This document shows positions 61,536 through 64,000 of a stretch of 64,000 bases of DNA, one piece after another (the first letter of the stretch is position 1; each line of letters begins with the position of its first letter). The position numbers were made by a program, and so were the translations under genes. The DNA is from Bacteroidaceae bacterium. Its GTDB lineage: Bacteria; Bacteroidota; Bacteroidia; Bacteroidales; Bacteroidaceae. Under the pieces are notes generated by a model. That model was not told the DNA's origin. It saw only the letters and a program-made list of their open reading frames with translations, and made no database searches. The stretch covers positions 28,451-92,450 of the forward strand of contig JAFRNY010000054.1 in assembly GCA_017429945.1 (NCBI GenBank), in the 5' to 3' direction.

Positions 61536-63731
61536 ATGAGACACTTCCTGCTTCCCCTCCTTTTGTTGGCTTCGAGCTGCCAGCTGTCGGCATCGCCTTA
61601 TCTGCCCGACGACTCCATTGCAGTGCCATTTACTGGTGGCGACGGATCGCCGGTGCGCGAGCATACCACCTTCCAGACCTCGGGCCATTGGAAAGCCGCG
61701 ACGGACATTCGCTCTGACCTCGTGATGGTCTATGGCGCCGATGACCGTCCCGGCGAAACCTTCCTCCAACGCGTGCAGACGTGGCGTGACCGTGGCTATA
61801 CGACACATTTCATGACCGGCATCGCCTGGGGCGGATATCAAGATTACTTCACGGGCAAATGGGATGGGCGCTGGCATCTCGACGAAGGTCAGAAAGAAGT
61901 CAACAGCGACACCATCTGGCATGGACACATGGTGCCGTATATCGTACCGTCGCTCAACTACCTGAAGTATTTCAAGGAGCGCCACATCAAGCCCGTGATC
62001 GACGCGGGCATCAGCGCCATATTCCTGGAGGAGCCCGAGTTCTGGGCACGCAGCGGCTACAGTGAAGCGTTCAAACGCGAATGGCAGGACTACTACGGCT
62101 TCCCATGGCGCCCCCAGCACGAATCGGCCGAGAACACCTACCTCTCCAACAAGCTGAAGTACCATCTCTACTATCGTGCACTCGACGAGGCGTTCACCTA
62201 TGCTAAGACATACGGGCGCGAGCGCGGCCTCGACGTGCGATGCTACGTTCCTACGCACTCGCTGCTCAACTATGCTCAGTGGCAGATTGTCAGCCCCGAA
62301 GCCTCGCTGGCATCAATGGCAAACTGCGACGGCTACATCGCGCAGGTGTGGACGGGCACGTCGCGCGAACCTAATTATTTCAACGGCGAACGCCGTGAGC
62401 GCACTTTCGAGACGGCCTTCCTCGAGTATGGGTGCATGTACTCCATGGTGGCCCCCACAAACCGCCGCGTGTACTTCCTTACCGACCCCATCGAGGACCG
62501 GCCCCGCGACTGGCAAGACTTCCGGCGCAACTATCAGGCCACGTTCACAGCCCAGCTGTTGTATCCCGGCAACAACTTCTACGAGGTGATGCCGTGGCCC
62601 GACCGCATCTACGAGGGCCTTTATCGTAAGAGTCTCGACAGCGATGAGCGCATCCGCATTCCCCGTTTCTACAGCACCCAGATGCAGGTAATGATCAACG
62701 CGCTGAACCAGATGCCCGTCAGCACCAACAAACTGAGCGGCACAGCGGGCGTGAGCGTATTGATGTCTAACTCGCTGATGTTCCAGCGCTCGCCGCAGCC
62801 TGTGGAAGGTTACGACGACCCGCAGTTATCCAATTTCTTCGGACTGGCCCTTCCGCTGCTCAAGCGCGGCGTGCCCGTCGGCATCGTACACCTTGAGAAC
62901 ACAGGCTACGCGGACACGTGGAAGGACACGCGCGTGCTACTGATGAGCTATTCCAACCAGAAGCCAATGTCGGCGGCCGAGAACGAGCATCTCGCACAAT
63001 GGGTGCGGGAGGGCGGTCAGCTCGTCTATGCCGGACGCGACGACGACCCCTTCCAAAGCATCAGCGAATGGTGGAACCAAGGCGACAATCACTACGCGTC
63101 GCCGTCCGACCACCTGTTCGCCTTGATGGGCATTAAGCCCACTGCCCCAGCCGGGACTTACCATTATGGCAAGGGCACCGTCCAGCTCATCCGTCAGAAC
63201 CCGAAAGAATTTGTTATGCAGCAGGGCGGCGACACGCCCCTGACCGATGCCGTGAGGGCTGCACTGCACGACGTGACCTTCAAGAACCATTTCCGCCTGA
63301 CCCGCGGCCCCTACGAGCTGGCGGCAGTGCTCGACGAGGACGCCGTCAGCGCCGAGCCCCTCACCCTCCGCGGCCTCTTCATCGATCTGTTCGACCCGCA
63401 GTTGCCCGTGCTGCGCCAGAAGACCATCAGCCCCGGCGAACAAGCATTCCTCTACAACATCGCCAGCGTGGCCGATGCCCGCAAGCCACAGGTGCTGGCA
63501 GCCGCCTCGCGCCAGTACGACGAGCACGTCGGGCCACACTCCTTCGCATTCATCTCGAAAAGTCCGGCCGAGACCACCAACGTCATGCGCATCCTCCTGC
63601 CACGCAAGCCCCGGCAGATACGCGTCTCTGAAGCCTACGAGAGCAGTTGGGACAAGCACAGCCACACCCTCTGGCTCTCGTTCGAGAACCAGCCTGAAGG
63701 CGTCAGCGTGGAGATAGATTTTGGCAGATGA
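61536..63731 (+). CDS. hypothetical 731-aa lipoprotein, function unknown
   Basis: Lipoprotein-like signal (LLLASSCQLS). No family recognised with certainty. Follows the flippase and GT2 genes in the same orientation. Confidence 0.5.
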   Translation: MRHFLLPLLLLASSCQLSASPYLPDDSIAVPFTGGDGSPVREHTTFQTSGHWKAATDIRSDLVMVYGADDRPGETFLQRVQTWRDRGYTTHFMTGIAWGGYQDYFTGKWDGRWHLDEGQKEVNSDTIWHGHMVPYIVPSLNYLKYFKERHIKPVIDAGISAIFLEEPEFWARSGYSEAFKREWQDYYGFPWRPQHESAENTYLSNKLKYHLYYRALDEAFTYAKTYGRERGLDVRCYVPTHSLLNYAQWQIVSPEASLASMANCDGYIAQVWTGTSREPNYFNGERRERTFETAFLEYGCMYSMVAPTNRRVYFLTDPIEDRPRDWQDFRRNYQATFTAQLLYPGNNFYEVMPWPDRIYEGLYRKSLDSDERIRIPRFYSTQMQVMINALNQMPVSTNKLSGTAGVSVLMSNSLMFQRSPQPVEGYDDPQLSNFFGLALPLLKRGVPVGIVHLENTGYADTWKDTRVLLMSYSNQKPMSAAENEHLAQWVREGGQLVYAGRDDDPFQSISEWWNQGDNHYASPSDHLFALMGIKPTAPAGTYHYGKGTVQLIRQNPKEFVMQQGGDTPLTDAVRAALHDVTFKNHFRLTRGPYELAAVLDEDAVSAEPLTLRGLFIDLFDPQLPVLRQKTISPGEQAFLYNIASVADARKPQVLAAASRQYDEHVGPHSFAFISKSPAETTNVMRILLPRKPRQIRVSEAYESSWDKHSHTLWLSFENQPEGVSVEIDFGR

Positions 63732-63824
63732 CACTCTGATATTACCTGACAAAAAAAATTTTTGTTCAAAACAGACTACAGACTACAGGATTGTCGCAAA
63801 GCGACAGCACATGTTTATTGATTT

Positions 63825-64000
63825 CGTTTAGCGTTGAGGGGTGAGAGTTTAGCGTTGAGGGTTGAGCGTTTATCGTTGAGAGTTTAGGGTTTAGAGCTGG
63901 TGGAGAGTTTAATGTGAATAGTGACAGAAGATAAATCAAAACCGCCTCTTCGGCGAAGAGGCGGTTGTTTCAACGATTATTTGTGATAATTAATGGCTTA
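63825..64000 (-). repeat. partial cassette copy C, running off the window end
   Basis: GTTGAGGG words followed by TTTAGAGCTGGTGGAGAGTTT..TGTGAATAGTGACAGA.GATAAA, a hairpin, and ..GATAATTAATGGCTTA. Colinear with copies A and B. Confidence 0.85.

Noticed and set aside
1-64000. tRNA, rRNA, tmRNA, RNase P or riboswitch candidates in spacers
   Set aside because: No cloverleaf-like or otherwise recognisable conserved RNA sequence was seen in any spacer longer than 80 nt. This was a visual scan only, so small or novel RNAs cannot be excluded.

Overview
The window looks like a Bacteroidota chromosome segment, probably Prevotellaceae-like. This is judged from SusC/SusD loci, TAnnTTTG -7 promoter boxes, a T9SS C-terminal sorting domain and lipoprotein signals. 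It is G+C-rich apart from one island. I call about 45 coding regions and found no rRNA, tRNA or CRISPR array.

Gene content from left to right:
- 1-6.5 kb: an ECF sigma/anti-sigma cluster flanked by two paralogous outer-membrane beta-barrel genes.
- 6.7-12.7 kb, minus strand: the rseC-rnfBCDGEA operon.
- 13-32 kb: housekeeping genes (rpsP, phosphohexomutase, nudC, a DUF4270 plus short glycogen-synthase pair, panC, panD, DUF4301, a RelA-like RSH, glgB, recR), plus a MORN-repeat protein, an Arg/Ser/Gly-rich secreted protein and a GT2/GNAT group.
- about 32.9-39.7 kb: a visibly AT-richer accessory island.
- 39.8-57.4 kb: a 17.6-kb minus-strand locus of two FAS1-SusC-SusD modules with no recognisable enzyme.
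- 57.8-63.7 kb: panB, then a flippase/GT2/unknown-lipoprotein cluster.

The most unusual material:
1. The island is bracketed by an 18-bp perfect direct repeat. It holds two paralogous FGE/C-type-lectin-fold proteins whose last ~30 codons look like diversity-generating-retroelement (DGR) variable regions, although no reverse transcriptase or template repeat is present in the window. It also holds two nonsense-interrupted genes (HigA-like and ORF6N), two 22-bp direct-repeat arrays, an inverted-repeat-bounded module with a 62-nt palindrome, and a ~330-bp terminator/promoter/leader cassette present in several copies.
2. A GC-rich hairpin/G-quadruplex repeat family occurs twice as ~150-bp composite elements inside the rnf operon and in-frame inside three ORFs.
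3. Locus-specific 7-, 8-, 11- and 22-nt word repeats fill many intergenic spacers.

All functional calls come from motif recognition by eye. No database search was run.
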